Positions 23,284 to 32,448 of a DNA stretch of 64,000 nt are shown here, piece by piece. How positions within the stretch are numbered: the first letter of the stretch is position 1; each line of letters opens with the position of its first letter. A program made the position numbers and the translations under genes. This stretch comes from Verrucomicrobiota bacterium (GTDB lineage Bacteria; Verrucomicrobiota; Verrucomicrobiia; Limisphaerales; SXQI01), in NCBI GenBank assembly GCA_033762115.1, contig JANRLX010000111.1:1-64000 (forward strand), written 5' to 3'. The notes beneath the pieces were generated by a model. That model was not told the origin of the DNA. It did no database searches and worked only from the letters and a program-made list of their open reading frames with translations.

Positions 23284-24687
23284 TTAAAATGAGATTTGGC
23301 CGCGGGTCAGAAGCACTTGTTCTCCCTCCTGGAGCAGAGAGGAAGTCCCTCCATCGAAATCAGTTTGTTCATAGTTCACCTGGACCTTGAAATTGCGATT
23401 CAGGTGCCAGTTAAAACCGGCTGTCCATGAGAGTGCCTCATTTGCCGAACTGGCAGGACTCGCAAAAACGGGGAAGGCAGCGTCATCCACTTCCAGCCCG
23501 CTCACGCGCGCCGTCAATTCCCACGCCCCCCAACCTTCTCCGCCAAGGGCAAACGGTTTCCTGGGATTTACTGCCTTAAAGGCATTCTTTTCACCCGTTA
23601 AAAAATAGGAAGCTGAAACCTGCCATGCGCGGTTTTCGATATTGCCAAAAGTGGCGGCCCCATCATCTCGACGGAGTTCCTGGTCGGAAATCGCATATTC
23701 ACCCAGCAGTCCAAATGGCCCGTAATAGTAATAGAATTGAGGGCTAATCCTCCAATTCTCTCCATCGGCAACCACATTGGGCGCGGCTGCTGTTCCTGCG
23801 CCGCTGCGAAATGCAAAGAAGCGCTGTTGTCCCGGAGTGGAATAGGCGCGGGGAGCCCCTTCCCGGTTTCCATAAGTACCGGCAATCCCGATACCGAGCC
23901 CTTGCAGGCCTTCAATGTCCGAACTCTTGAACGGTTCAGCAAAAATGCGGGCTGCAATGTCCTTTTCATCGTCGCTGGATTCAATATCTGCGCTTCCCCC
24001 ATCCGCAACACCATTGAACGCACCAAGCTGGTAAGTGAGCGTATTCTCAAAAAGCGTACCATGCACCATGACGCCCACATCCCTATTGGGCAGCAGTTGC
24101 GTTGGATAGGCGCGCTCAACAAAAAGAAGGTTCCCTCCGGATTGCAACCTTTCCAATCCCACCGGCTCTTTGAACTTTCCCGCCTGGATATTCAATGCGG
24201 GCCAAAGTTTGGCATTGAAGTAGGCATCCTGCACATAGGCATCATTCGCAGCGCTGCTGGTGACGCCGGAACCGAAATCGAGCATTAAACGATAATCGAA
24301 TTTTTCGAATACAGTTCCTTCGAAAATCGGTCGAACCCTCCGAAGCAGGAAGGTATCATTGGCTGTCCCTGCGGAATGATCATCCAGGAAAAAACGACTG
24401 TCCGCCTGGATGTAGCCACGCAGCTTGAGAACGAAATTCGTATCCGCGGATTGAAGAGAAAAGCCACCTGCCCCGGCGGTCAGAAGAGGGGTGGTTTTAG
24501 CCTTTTCCGCCGAAGCTTCCTTTTGCAATTCCAGTTGCCGTTTCAAAATTTTAATCTCCTGGTCAAGCTGCTCCACCTTTGTCCGAAGCTCCTCCTGCTG
24601 TTCGGCCTGCACTGGGCCGGAAAAAGGTTCGCTTGAGATGATTCCGAGTGCGATCAAAGCCGCCACCCGCCTGTAATTGTTCTGCAT
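23284..24687 (-). CDS. OprO/OprP-like anion-selective porin, probably for sulfate/sulfur compounds
   Basis: Signal peptide, coiled coil, [28 protein letters not shown]-terminal Phe; upstream of sbp. Confidence 0.88.
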   Translation of the reverse strand: MQNNYRRVAALIALGIISSEPFSGPVQAEQQEELRTKVEQLDQEIKILKRQLELQKEASAEKAKTTPLLTAGAGGFSLQSADTNFVLKLRGYIQADSRFFLDDHSAGTANDTFLLRRVRPIFEGTVFEKFDYRLMLDFGSGVTSSAANDAYVQDAYFNAKLWPALNIQAGKFKEPVGLERLQSGGNLLFVERAYPTQLLPNRDVGVMVHGTLFENTLTYQLGAFNGVADGGSADIESSDDEKDIAARIFAEPFKSSDIEGLQGLGIGIAGTYGNREGAPRAYSTPGQQRFFAFRSGAGTAAAPNVVADGENWRISPQFYYYYGPFGLLGEYAISDQELRRDDGAATFGNIENRAWQVSASYFLTGEKNAFKAVNPRKPFALGGEGWGAWELTARVSGLEVDDAAFPVFASPASSANEALSWTAGFNWHLNRNFKVQVNYEQTDFDGGTSSLLQEGEQVLLTRGQISF

Positions 24688-24707
24688 GAGTAATTAATTT
24701 CATAAGA

Positions 24708-24769
24708 ACCTCCGGTGGTCCGGTCAGTCGCTCGATTTCTTCTGTTTGACCTCCAGTTGTCCTGGTGAG
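24708..24769 (-). repeat. Two copies of a ~21-nt hairpin motif CTSA-CCRG-loop-CYGG-AGGT
   Basis: Minus strand: CTCACCAGGACAACTGGAGGT (24769-24749) and CTGACCGGACCACCGGAGGT (24727-24708). Confidence 0.75.
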
Positions 24770-24790
24770 CCAGCCTGGGGGAGGGTGCAG

Positions 24791-24955
24791 TCAGGAATTT
24801 TTCAAACGCACTTTTTCTTTGCGTTCGATCTGCACGACCTTTCCGTCCTGCACAACGATTTCCACTGAGCCAAAACGAATGCCACGAATGGCATTGAGAA
24901 TCTGCTTCTCAGTTTCGCTCAGGCAAACTCCTGAATCCTGTTGACCTCCGTCCAT
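24791..24955 (-). CDS. YezD/OscA-like (DUF2292) small protein
   Basis: 54 aa, IRFGSVEIVVQDGKVVQIERKEKVR; first gene of the sulfate-uptake operon. Confidence 0.85.
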   Translation of the reverse strand: MDGGQQDSGVCLSETEKQILNAIRGIRFGSVEIVVQDGKVVQIERKEKVRLKNS

Positions 24956-25004
24956 AGCATATTGCGAGCGGTTCAAAAATCCATGAACCCAGCCGCATTT
25001 AAAT

Positions 25005-25027
25005 ATCTCTAGCAACTTAGTAGAGAT
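25005..25027. promoter_or_regulatory. Palindromic operator in the sulfur-operon promoter
   Basis: ATCTCTA-N9-TAGAGAT, adjacent to a TTGCTA -35-like hexamer on the minus strand. Confidence 0.6.
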
Positions 25028-25201
25028 TTAGCAAGGGGAAAAATGGGAATTTTTTATCACGCGTTTTCTGCTTCCAAAAAAAGCGGTTTAAAAATGCCAG
25101 AGTCCGCGACTTTGAAGGGCACTTTCTGCTTAAATTGGCTGGTAGGACTCTCTAGAATTCGAAACTTTCCGGAAGAATGGCATTGGTGATGAGATTTCCT
25201 T

Positions 25202-25229
25202 TTGACTCCGATCTTTCCTTCGTTATTCT
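25202..25229 (+). promoter_or_regulatory. Sigma-70-type promoter of pgk-tpiA-secG
   Basis: TTGACT-N16-TATTCT, 14 nt upstream of the pgk ATG. Confidence 0.5.
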
Positions 25230-25243
25230 GTCCGGCCTATTTT

Positions 25244-26500
25244 ATGGCGAAATTGACCGTTAACGATCTGGATGTGCGTGGGAAACGTGTGCTGATGCGC
25301 GTGGACTACAACGTTCCCATGGAAGAGAAGAATGGTCAGATGATGATCAATGAATCGGCGCGTATCCGTGAGACCTTGCCAACGTTGCGGTTGCTTGGGG
25401 AAAAGGGTGCCCGGATTATTTTGACTGCTCACCTGGGCCGTCCGGATGGAAAGCGGGAGCCGTCGATGTCACTGCGCCCTGTGGCGGCCAAACTTTCCGA
25501 ATTGCTGGGCAAGCCAGTGGCTTTCGTGGATCAATGCGTTGGGCCTGCGGTGGAATCGCATGTTGCCGGGATGAAGGATGGGGAAATTGTTTTGCTGGAG
25601 AATGTCCGTTTCCATCCCGAAGAAGAAAACAATGATCCTGGATTCTCCGAGCAATTGGCCCGGATTGCGGATGTCTATGTCAATGATGCGTTTGGCGCTG
25701 CTCATCGGGCTCATGCCTCCACTGCTGGGGTTGCTGAAGTGATGGCCAAACGTGGCGCACCTCGCGCGGCAGGGTTGTTGATGGAACGTGAGCTGAAGTT
25801 TCTTGGCGAGGAACTCGAGAACCCAGCGCGCCCGTTTGTCGTTATCCTGGGTGGAGCAAAAGTTTCTGACAAAATCAAGGTGATCGACCGCCTTTTGGAA
25901 AAGGCGGACACGATCCTAATCGGTGGAGCGATGGCTTACACTTTTAAATTGGCTCAGGGCGCCAGCGTGGGTAAATCGCTGGTGGAACCGGACCGGGTTG
26001 GTTTGGCGAATTCAGCCCTGGAAAAGGCCCGCCAGAAGAACATCCCATTTCTGATTCCGACCGATAACGTGATCGCCAATCCGGTGGATAGCGGAAAGAA
26101 GAATAAAAAGGGAAAAACAATTTTTGACCTGCAGAATCCTCGGGTGAACTCGGCGCGTGACATTCCAGCCGAAGCTGAAGGAGTTGACATTGGACCGGCT
26201 TCGGCAGCGACTTACAAAACGGAGATTCTTAAGGCGAAGACGATCCTCTGGAATGGGCCGATGGGAATTTTTGAAGATTCGCGGTTTGCCGAGGGGACAT
26301 TTGCCGTGGCCCGCGCTGTGGTGGAAGCCACTGAAAAGCATGGCGCCAAAAGCATCATTGGGGGAGGGGACAGCGTGAAGGCGATCAACTCCTGCGGACT
26401 GGGTGACAAAGTGACTTTCATGAGCACTGGGGGGGGGGCGAGCCTTGAGTTTCTCGAAGGAAATATTCTTCCTGGGGTGGCAGCTCTTTCCGACAAATAA
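25244..26500 (+). CDS. pgk: Phosphoglycerate kinase
   Basis: RVDYNVP, HLGRP, LLENVRF, DAFGAAHRAHAS, GGAKVSDK, WNGPMG, STGGGASLEFLEG. Confidence 0.97.
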   Translation: MAKLTVNDLDVRGKRVLMRVDYNVPMEEKNGQMMINESARIRETLPTLRLLGEKGARIILTAHLGRPDGKREPSMSLRPVAAKLSELLGKPVAFVDQCVGPAVESHVAGMKDGEIVLLENVRFHPEEENNDPGFSEQLARIADVYVNDAFGAAHRAHASTAGVAEVMAKRGAPRAAGLLMERELKFLGEELENPARPFVVILGGAKVSDKIKVIDRLLEKADTILIGGAMAYTFKLAQGASVGKSLVEPDRVGLANSALEKARQKNIPFLIPTDNVIANPVDSGKKNKKGKTIFDLQNPRVNSARDIPAEAEGVDIGPASAATYKTEILKAKTILWNGPMGIFEDSRFAEGTFAVARAVVEATEKHGAKSIIGGGDSVKAINSCGLGDKVTFMSTGGGASLEFLEGNILPGVAALSDK

Positions 26501-26516
26501 TTGAGCAGGTTCCCAA

Positions 26517-27281
26517 ATGGACAAAGAACGCAAATTAATCATTGCTGGCAACTGGAAGATGAACAAGACCGTTGCCGAGTCGCTTGACCTGGTTGAGGAC
26601 CTGAAGCGGGAACTGGCAAGCATCAAGGAAGTGGACATCGTGGTATGTCCGCCATTCACAGCGCTTTACAGCGTGGGCAAAGCGATTCTGCACTCGAACA
26701 TCCGCCTTGGCGCTCAAAACATGAGCGAGCATATCAATGGAGCTTACACAGGGGAGATCGCAGCTGGGATGCTCAAGGAATTTTCCGTGCGTTACGTGAT
26801 TCTTGGCCACTCGGAGCGTCGTCAGTACCAGAAGGAAAATGACGAGTTGATCGGCAAAAAGGCACAGGCGGTTCATGCTGCTTCGCTGAAACCGATTGTG
26901 TGCGTTGGTGAATTGCTGGAGGAACGGGAAGCGAGGCAAACGGAAAAAGTGGTGGAGCGTCAATTGAAAGGATGCTTGAGCGGTTTGTCCCCACAGCAGA
27001 TGGAAGAAACAGTGATCGCTTACGAACCTGTTTGGGCAATCGGCACCGGAAAGACGGCATCTCCGCAACAGGCCCAGGAAGTTCACGCATTTATCCGCAG
27101 GCAGGTGGCTCAATTGTTTGATGAGACAGTCGCACGAAGGGTGCGCATCCAGTACGGTGGCAGCGTGAAACCGGCAAATGCCCGGGAATTGATGAGCCAG
27201 CCTGATGTTGATGGGGCGCTGGTTGGTGGAGCGTCACTGGAAGTCCGCAGTTTTTCTGATATTATCAAGAACTCGATTTAA
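26517..27281 (+). CDS. tpiA: Triosephosphate isomerase
   Basis: AGNWKMN, GHSERR, AYEPVWAIGTG, YGGSV, LVGGASL. Confidence 0.97.
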   Translation: MDKERKLIIAGNWKMNKTVAESLDLVEDLKRELASIKEVDIVVCPPFTALYSVGKAILHSNIRLGAQNMSEHINGAYTGEIAAGMLKEFSVRYVILGHSERRQYQKENDELIGKKAQAVHAASLKPIVCVGELLEEREARQTEKVVERQLKGCLSGLSPQQMEETVIAYEPVWAIGTGKTASPQQAQEVHAFIRRQVAQLFDETVARRVRIQYGGSVKPANARELMSQPDVDGALVGGASLEVRSFSDIIKNSI

Positions 27282-27288
27282 ATTTTTT

Positions 27289-27735
27289 ATGAGTTTTCTA
27301 ATTGGTTTTTTAACATTCCTCCTCGTGGTGAACTGCTTGTTTTTGATTTTGCTGGTGCTCGTTCAGCTGCCTAAAAAAGAAGCGGGCGCCGGGATCGCCT
27401 TTGGCGCGGGGACTACCGAAGCGATTTTTGGCGCGGGGTCAGGCAATGCGCTGACGAAAATGACAAAGTATGGGAGTGTAAGTTTCCTTGTTCTATCGCT
27501 TGTGATCGGGCTGATGAACATGAACCAAACCCAGGCTAGCCGACGCAACATTGAGGAGGCCTTGAGCAAGCAGGCAAATGCTCCCGCACCGGCAATTCCT
27601 GCCGCAACTCCGGCAAATCGCCCTGCGACAAATCAATTCTTCCCATTGCAAACTGCGCAGAGCAATGTAACCCTGACCTTGCCAGCGGCAACGAATGTTC
27701 CTGCCGGCCAAACCGCCACGAACGCACCAAAATAA
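27289..27735 (+). CDS. secG: Preprotein translocase subunit SecG
   Basis: Two TM helices around Q..K.AG.G.AFG...FGAGSGN.LTK.T; follows tpiA. Confidence 0.88.
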   Translation: MSFLIGFLTFLLVVNCLFLILLVLVQLPKKEAGAGIAFGAGTTEAIFGAGSGNALTKMTKYGSVSFLVLSLVIGLMNMNQTQASRRNIEEALSKQANAPAPAIPAATPANRPATNQFFPLQTAQSNVTLTLPAATNVPAGQTATNAPK

Positions 27736-27744
27736 ATCGGTTCC

Positions 27745-29355
27745 ATGTTGATTTTGCGCAACACCCTCGAGTCACTCTCGGGGGTGTTTCGCTTTTTGCT
27801 ATTCTGCCTCGCGCTCTGCCTGGCGGGATGTTCGAAGATGGAGGAACGCGCCGACCTGGTGATCTGCAATGGCAAGGAACCGGAATCGCTCGACCCTGCA
27901 ATCCTCACGGGCATGCCGGATGGGCGGGTCGCCCTGGCGTTGTTTGAAGGGCTCACCCGCTATGACCCAAAGGACTCCAGCCCATTGCCGGGTCTGGCTG
28001 AGCGATGGGAAATTTCGGAAGATGGCAAAACCTACACATTTTTCATCCGCGCGAATGCGGTGTGGTCCACCGGTGAACCGATCACAGCGCATGATTTTGT
28101 CTGGTCATGGCTCCGGGTGCTTCACCCGGACACAGCAGCTGATTATGCCGGGAATCTTTATTATATCAAAAATGCCGAAGCCTTTAACACAGGAAAATTG
28201 ACGAACGCTGCGGAGGTGGGAGTGCAGGCATTGAATGAGCGGACTTTGAAGGTGGACCTGGTAAATCCGACTCCGTTCTTTCTGGAGTTGTGCGCGTTCT
28301 CTCCGCAAACGGTGGTGCCCCGCCAGGTGATCGAAAAGCATGGTGATCGATGGCTGCATGTCCGTCCCCTGCCATCCAGCGGGGCTTACGAACTGGTTTA
28401 CTGGCGATTGAACGATCGCATTCGAGTGAAGAAAAACATGCGGTACTGGGATGCGCAGAATACAGCCAGTGAGGTGGTGGATTTTGTCCCGGTGAACACC
28501 GCGACCACCGCGATCAACCTCTACGAGACAAAGCAGGTTGATATTATCTGGGACAAGGATTCCATTCCCAGCGAACTACTGCCAGTTCTCAGAAAAAGGC
28601 CGGACTTTCATCGCTTCCCGGTCCTCGGCACCTATTTTTATCGCTATAATGTCACCCGAAAACCGTTTGATGACCCGAGGGTGAGAAAAGCGTTATCCAT
28701 GGCGATAGACCGCAAAAAAATCGTGGAAAAAATCACCGCAGGCGGAGAGCTGCCCGCGAATTTCCTGGTCCCGCCAAACTCCGGGAAATATCGGTCGCCG
28801 GAGGGTTTGCCTTATGATCCCGAGGCAGCGAGGAAACTTCTGGCAGAAGCTGGATTTCCTGATGGAAAAGGGTTCCGCCGGTTTAGTTATATTTTCAATA
28901 CTTCGCGTGAACATCAAAGAATCGCGGTGGAATTGCAGGAAATGTGGCGGAAGGAGTTAAACATCCATGTGGACCTGAAATCTGTGGAGTGGAACGTGTT
29001 TTTTCGTTTTCAAACGGAACTGGATTACGATCTGGCCCGGAGCAGTTGGTTTGCGGATTATTCGGATCCGAACACTTTTTTGGACTTGTTCATGAGCAAT
29101 AATCCAAACAACCGCACCGGCTGGCGGAATGAGCGCTACGATACCCTGCTGCGGGAGGCGAATGGCTTGAGCGACGCTGTCGCGCGGGAAAAAGTGCTGC
29201 AACAAGCGGAAGCGTTGATGGTGCGGGATGAATTGCCAATTGGCCCTCTTTTCATTTATCAGGGGTTCAACATCTGGGACCCGGAGCGGATCACTGGCGC
29301 ATATACTAACCCCCGTGATGAACATCCCACACGAACTATCAAGCGATTGAAATGA
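27745..29355 (+). CDS. Peptide ABC transporter substrate-binding lipoprotein (OppA-like)
   Basis: Lipobox LAGC; EPESLDP, LFEGLT, PGLAERWEIS.DG..YTF, DPRVRKAL, W.ADY.DP. Confidence 0.92.
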   Translation: MLILRNTLESLSGVFRFLLFCLALCLAGCSKMEERADLVICNGKEPESLDPAILTGMPDGRVALALFEGLTRYDPKDSSPLPGLAERWEISEDGKTYTFFIRANAVWSTGEPITAHDFVWSWLRVLHPDTAADYAGNLYYIKNAEAFNTGKLTNAAEVGVQALNERTLKVDLVNPTPFFLELCAFSPQTVVPRQVIEKHGDRWLHVRPLPSSGAYELVYWRLNDRIRVKKNMRYWDAQNTASEVVDFVPVNTATTAINLYETKQVDIIWDKDSIPSELLPVLRKRPDFHRFPVLGTYFYRYNVTRKPFDDPRVRKALSMAIDRKKIVEKITAGGELPANFLVPPNSGKYRSPEGLPYDPEAARKLLAEAGFPDGKGFRRFSYIFNTSREHQRIAVELQEMWRKELNIHVDLKSVEWNVFFRFQTELDYDLARSSWFADYSDPNTFLDLFMSNNPNNRTGWRNERYDTLLREANGLSDAVAREKVLQQAEALMVRDELPIGPLFIYQGFNIWDPERITGAYTNPRDEHPTRTIKRLK

Positions 29356-30272
29356 TTCGGTATATCATCAGGAGAGTCCTCTTTTTGGTGCCGATGCTAT
29401 TCCTCATTAGCATGCTCGCATTTGCGCTGGTGCGGGTGGCGCCCGGAGGGCCGTTTGATAAAAACCGGCGTCCGGCTTCGCCCGAAGTGGAGAAACGGTT
29501 ACTCGCCAAATATCATTTGGACAAACCCTTGTGGCGGCAATACCTCCATTATCTTGGTGGAATTCTGCAAGGAGATTTCGGTCCCTCCTTAAAACAACGG
29601 CACCATAGCGTGAACGACATTATTGCGGAAGCGCTGCCTGTTTCTCTGGTACTGGGAGGGCTCTCATTTTCTTTGGCCATGGGCATTGGAATCCCGCTCG
29701 GTTTTTATACAGCCATCGGAAAAGGAAAATTGTTTGATTACACCGGCACCTTTATTTCCATCCTGTTCATCTGCGTTCCCGGATTGGTGCTGGGGCCGTT
29801 GCTGGTAATGATTTTTGCCATTCAGCTTCGCTGGTTTCCAGTGGGAATGCTGGGGAGCGCCTGGCATCTGGTGCTGCCGGTGCTGACGTTGGGAATTTAC
29901 TTTTCAGGACGAATCGCGCGGTTGATGCGGGAAGGGATGTTGAATGTCTTGTATTCCGAATTCATCATGACTGCTCGCAGCAAAGGGTTAAGTGAGACAA
30001 GGCTTTTATGGAAACATGCGTTTCCGTTGGCAATCGCCCCGGTCCTTTCCTATTCCGGGCCGCTCCTGGCTGATTTGCTGACAGGCTCTTTCGTGGTGGA
30101 AACCATTTTTCAAATTCCAGGCCTTGGGATTCATCTGGTGAACAGTTCCCTGAGCCGTGATTACCCGGTGATCGTCGGTTTGGTGATTTTGTACGCGTTT
30201 CTTTTGATGCTGCTGAATCTCCTGGTGGATGTGATCCACGCCTGGATCGATCCTCGCGTGCAACTCGCTTAA
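29352..30272 (+). CDS. Peptide ABC transporter permease (OppB-like)
   Basis: APGGPF, GDFGPS, ARSKGL EAA loop, GSFVVETIF, RDYPV, IDPRV. Confidence 0.92.
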   Translation: MIRYIIRRVLFLVPMLFLISMLAFALVRVAPGGPFDKNRRPASPEVEKRLLAKYHLDKPLWRQYLHYLGGILQGDFGPSLKQRHHSVNDIIAEALPVSLVLGGLSFSLAMGIGIPLGFYTAIGKGKLFDYTGTFISILFICVPGLVLGPLLVMIFAIQLRWFPVGMLGSAWHLVLPVLTLGIYFSGRIARLMREGMLNVLYSEFIMTARSKGLSETRLLWKHAFPLAIAPVLSYSGPLLADLLTGSFVVETIFQIPGLGIHLVNSSLSRDYPVIVGLVILYAFLLMLLNLLVDVIHAWIDPRVQLA

Positions 30273-30293
30273 AAAGGTTCCTGTGACAAAAGG

Positions 30294-32228
30294 TCAAAGC
30301 GTGGGACTGATTTGTCCCGTGGCCAGCATGGCGCGAATTTTCTGGATCAATTCGTCTGCGGTATAAGGCTTCTGAAGAAATTCCAGTTTGCTGTCTTCGA
30401 TTCCATTCTCTAGGGCCACATTCCGCGTGTAGCCTGAGGTAAACAGAACGGGCAATTCAGGCATCGTGGCCTGGATTTTTTTCGCCAGATCCGGCCCGCT
30501 CATCCGTGGCATGATCACATCGCTGAAGAGCAGACGAATGGGAAATTTTCGGCTTTCAATGATTTGCCAGGCTTCCTCCCCATTTTTCGCGGTGATGACC
30601 TTGAAACCACTGCGGCGAAGAACCAGTTGCGCAAATTCGCGTAAACTCTCTTCATCCTCCGCGACAAGAATGGTTGGTTCGCTGTCAGTCGTCGGCTGTC
30701 CTGAACGAGCCGGTGGCAATGCGCGCTTTGGCGTTTCAATCCGAGGCAGGTATATCCTGAAAGTGGAGCCTCGACCCATTTCGCTGCTACAGGAGATATG
30801 GCCCCCATGCTGGCGGACCATTGCGTAAACGGTCGCTAATCCAAGACCCGTGCCGGGTCCAACTTCTGTATGGTCGTAAAAAGGTTCAAAGACATGCAAA
30901 CGCGCCTCGTCCGTTAAGCCGTAACCGGAATCAGTCATGCTCAAGGCCACGTAGTCACCCGCGGCAAGGTTTCCGATCATGGCGGCTTTTTCAGGGGGCA
31001 AGGTGACATTGTGGGTTTCCAGAACCAGTTTTCCACCCTCGGGCATGGCGTTGCGTGCCCTGACAGTAAGGTGGATGAGGACATTTTCCATTTGGGAAGC
31101 ATCCGCATTGACACTTCCAAGTTCCGGTCCCAGGTAAGTCAGCAACTGCACTTTTTCACCAAGGAGGCGGGCAAGAAGGGAACGGCTCTGGGCGACCAAT
31201 CCATTCAAATCCATCGGTGCGAGGAGAATGGTTTGTTTCCGGCTGAGCGCCATTAATTGTTGGGTCAATGAAAAGGCTCTTTCAGCGCTGGAGGTGATCT
31301 GTCCAACGTCTGTAACGAGTTTGTCTCCCGGAGGCAGGGCAGATTTGATCAAACCGGCATATCCCACGATGACGGTAAGCAGGTTATTAAAATCGTTGGC
31401 AACACCCCCAGCGAAACGTCCGATGGATTCCATGCGCTGCGTGTGTTGCAGTTGTTCCTCCAATCGCTTGCGCGAGGTCACGTCGCGACAAATAATCTGG
31501 GCGGCATTCTCCCCATGATAAGTAATGGCGCGAGCGATCGCTTCAACAGTCAGGATGGTGCCGTCCAACCTTAGAATCCGTTCCTCAAGTAACGGCCCAT
31601 CCGTGCCACTCATTGTCTGGCGTAAATGTTCAGTAACAAGATCCCGGTAATTGGGATCAATAAATTCCAGGAATGACTTGCCGACCAGGTCCAGGGGACT
31701 TTGTGCGCCAAAAAGCTGCACGGCGGCTGGGTTCACATACACGAACTTGCCATCGCAACAAATGAACGTGGCTTCGGGAGAAGATTCAACCAGCCTGCGG
31801 TAACGTTCCTCGCTTTCCCGCAGCGCGAGATCAGCCTGTTTTTTTCGACGGCGCAGCGCCGCTTCACGAAGTTCCCGGTCAATTGCCGGTCCCAGCCGGG
31901 TCAAACGATCCTTCAGCAAATAATCGTGTGCTCCCGCCTTCAAGGCTTCGACAGCGGTCTCTTCACCAATTTTGCCGGAAACAATGATAAAGGGAACATC
32001 ATGGCCGGTTTGCTGGGTCATGGCGAGGGCCGCAAGACCGCTAAACTGGGGCAGAACATAATCGGAAATGATCAGGTCCCACTGTTCGGACAAGGCATGC
32101 TGTAATTGCGCAGCGGATTCGACGCGAGTGTATGCGGCCTTGTAACCGGCGCGCTGAAGGGCGTGGATCAGGAGTTCGGTATCGTCCTTTGAATCCTCTA
32201 TAATCAAAAGCTTTAATGGAACACTCAT
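30294..32228 (-). CDS. Hybrid sensor kinase (REC-PAS-HisKA-HATPase-REC)
   Basis: N-terminal REC (IIEDS..D, SDYVLP), PAS, HATPase (GTGLGL), C-terminal REC (SDVIMP, KPY); the H-box reads GGVANDFNN, with Asn at the position where His is usual. Confidence 0.9.
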   Translation of the reverse strand: MSVPLKLLIIEDSKDDTELLIHALQRAGYKAAYTRVESAAQLQHALSEQWDLIISDYVLPQFSGLAALAMTQQTGHDVPFIIVSGKIGEETAVEALKAGAHDYLLKDRLTRLGPAIDRELREAALRRRKKQADLALRESEERYRRLVESSPEATFICCDGKFVYVNPAAVQLFGAQSPLDLVGKSFLEFIDPNYRDLVTEHLRQTMSGTDGPLLEERILRLDGTILTVEAIARAITYHGENAAQIICRDVTSRKRLEEQLQHTQRMESIGRFAGGVANDFNNLLTVIVGYAGLIKSALPPGDKLVTDVGQITSSAERAFSLTQQLMALSRKQTILLAPMDLNGLVAQSRSLLARLLGEKVQLLTYLGPELGSVNADASQMENVLIHLTVRARNAMPEGGKLVLETHNVTLPPEKAAMIGNLAAGDYVALSMTDSGYGLTDEARLHVFEPFYDHTEVGPGTGLGLATVYAMVRQHGGHISCSSEMGRGSTFRIYLPRIETPKRALPPARSGQPTTDSEPTILVAEDEESLREFAQLVLRRSGFKVITAKNGEEAWQIIESRKFPIRLLFSDVIMPRMSGPDLAKKIQATMPELPVLFTSGYTRNVALENGIEDSKLEFLQKPYTADELIQKIRAMLATGQISPTL

Positions 32229-32309
32229 ACCTCGCCTTCAAGGTTTTGCTATACGCTGATTTGTCCAAACCGGGCGCAAATTCCTCCAGAAATCCTTACG
32301 GGTTATACA

Positions 32310-32325
32310 GGCATTTTGAGTGCCA
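32310..32325 (-). promoter_or_regulatory. Sigma-54 (-24/-12) promoter candidate for the hybrid kinase
   Basis: TGGCACTCAAAATGCC, GG-N10-GC spacing. Confidence 0.55.
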
Positions 32326-32448
32326 TCTTTGCACTGCAATTTTTGACCTGTTTTACTCCTTTCTCATTCAATCTACCAAAAAACAGGACAAAATTGTCCA
32401 GCTTTTGCACAAGGTCAAATCGCAGGAATGAGACGAATGCTGCTAGCT

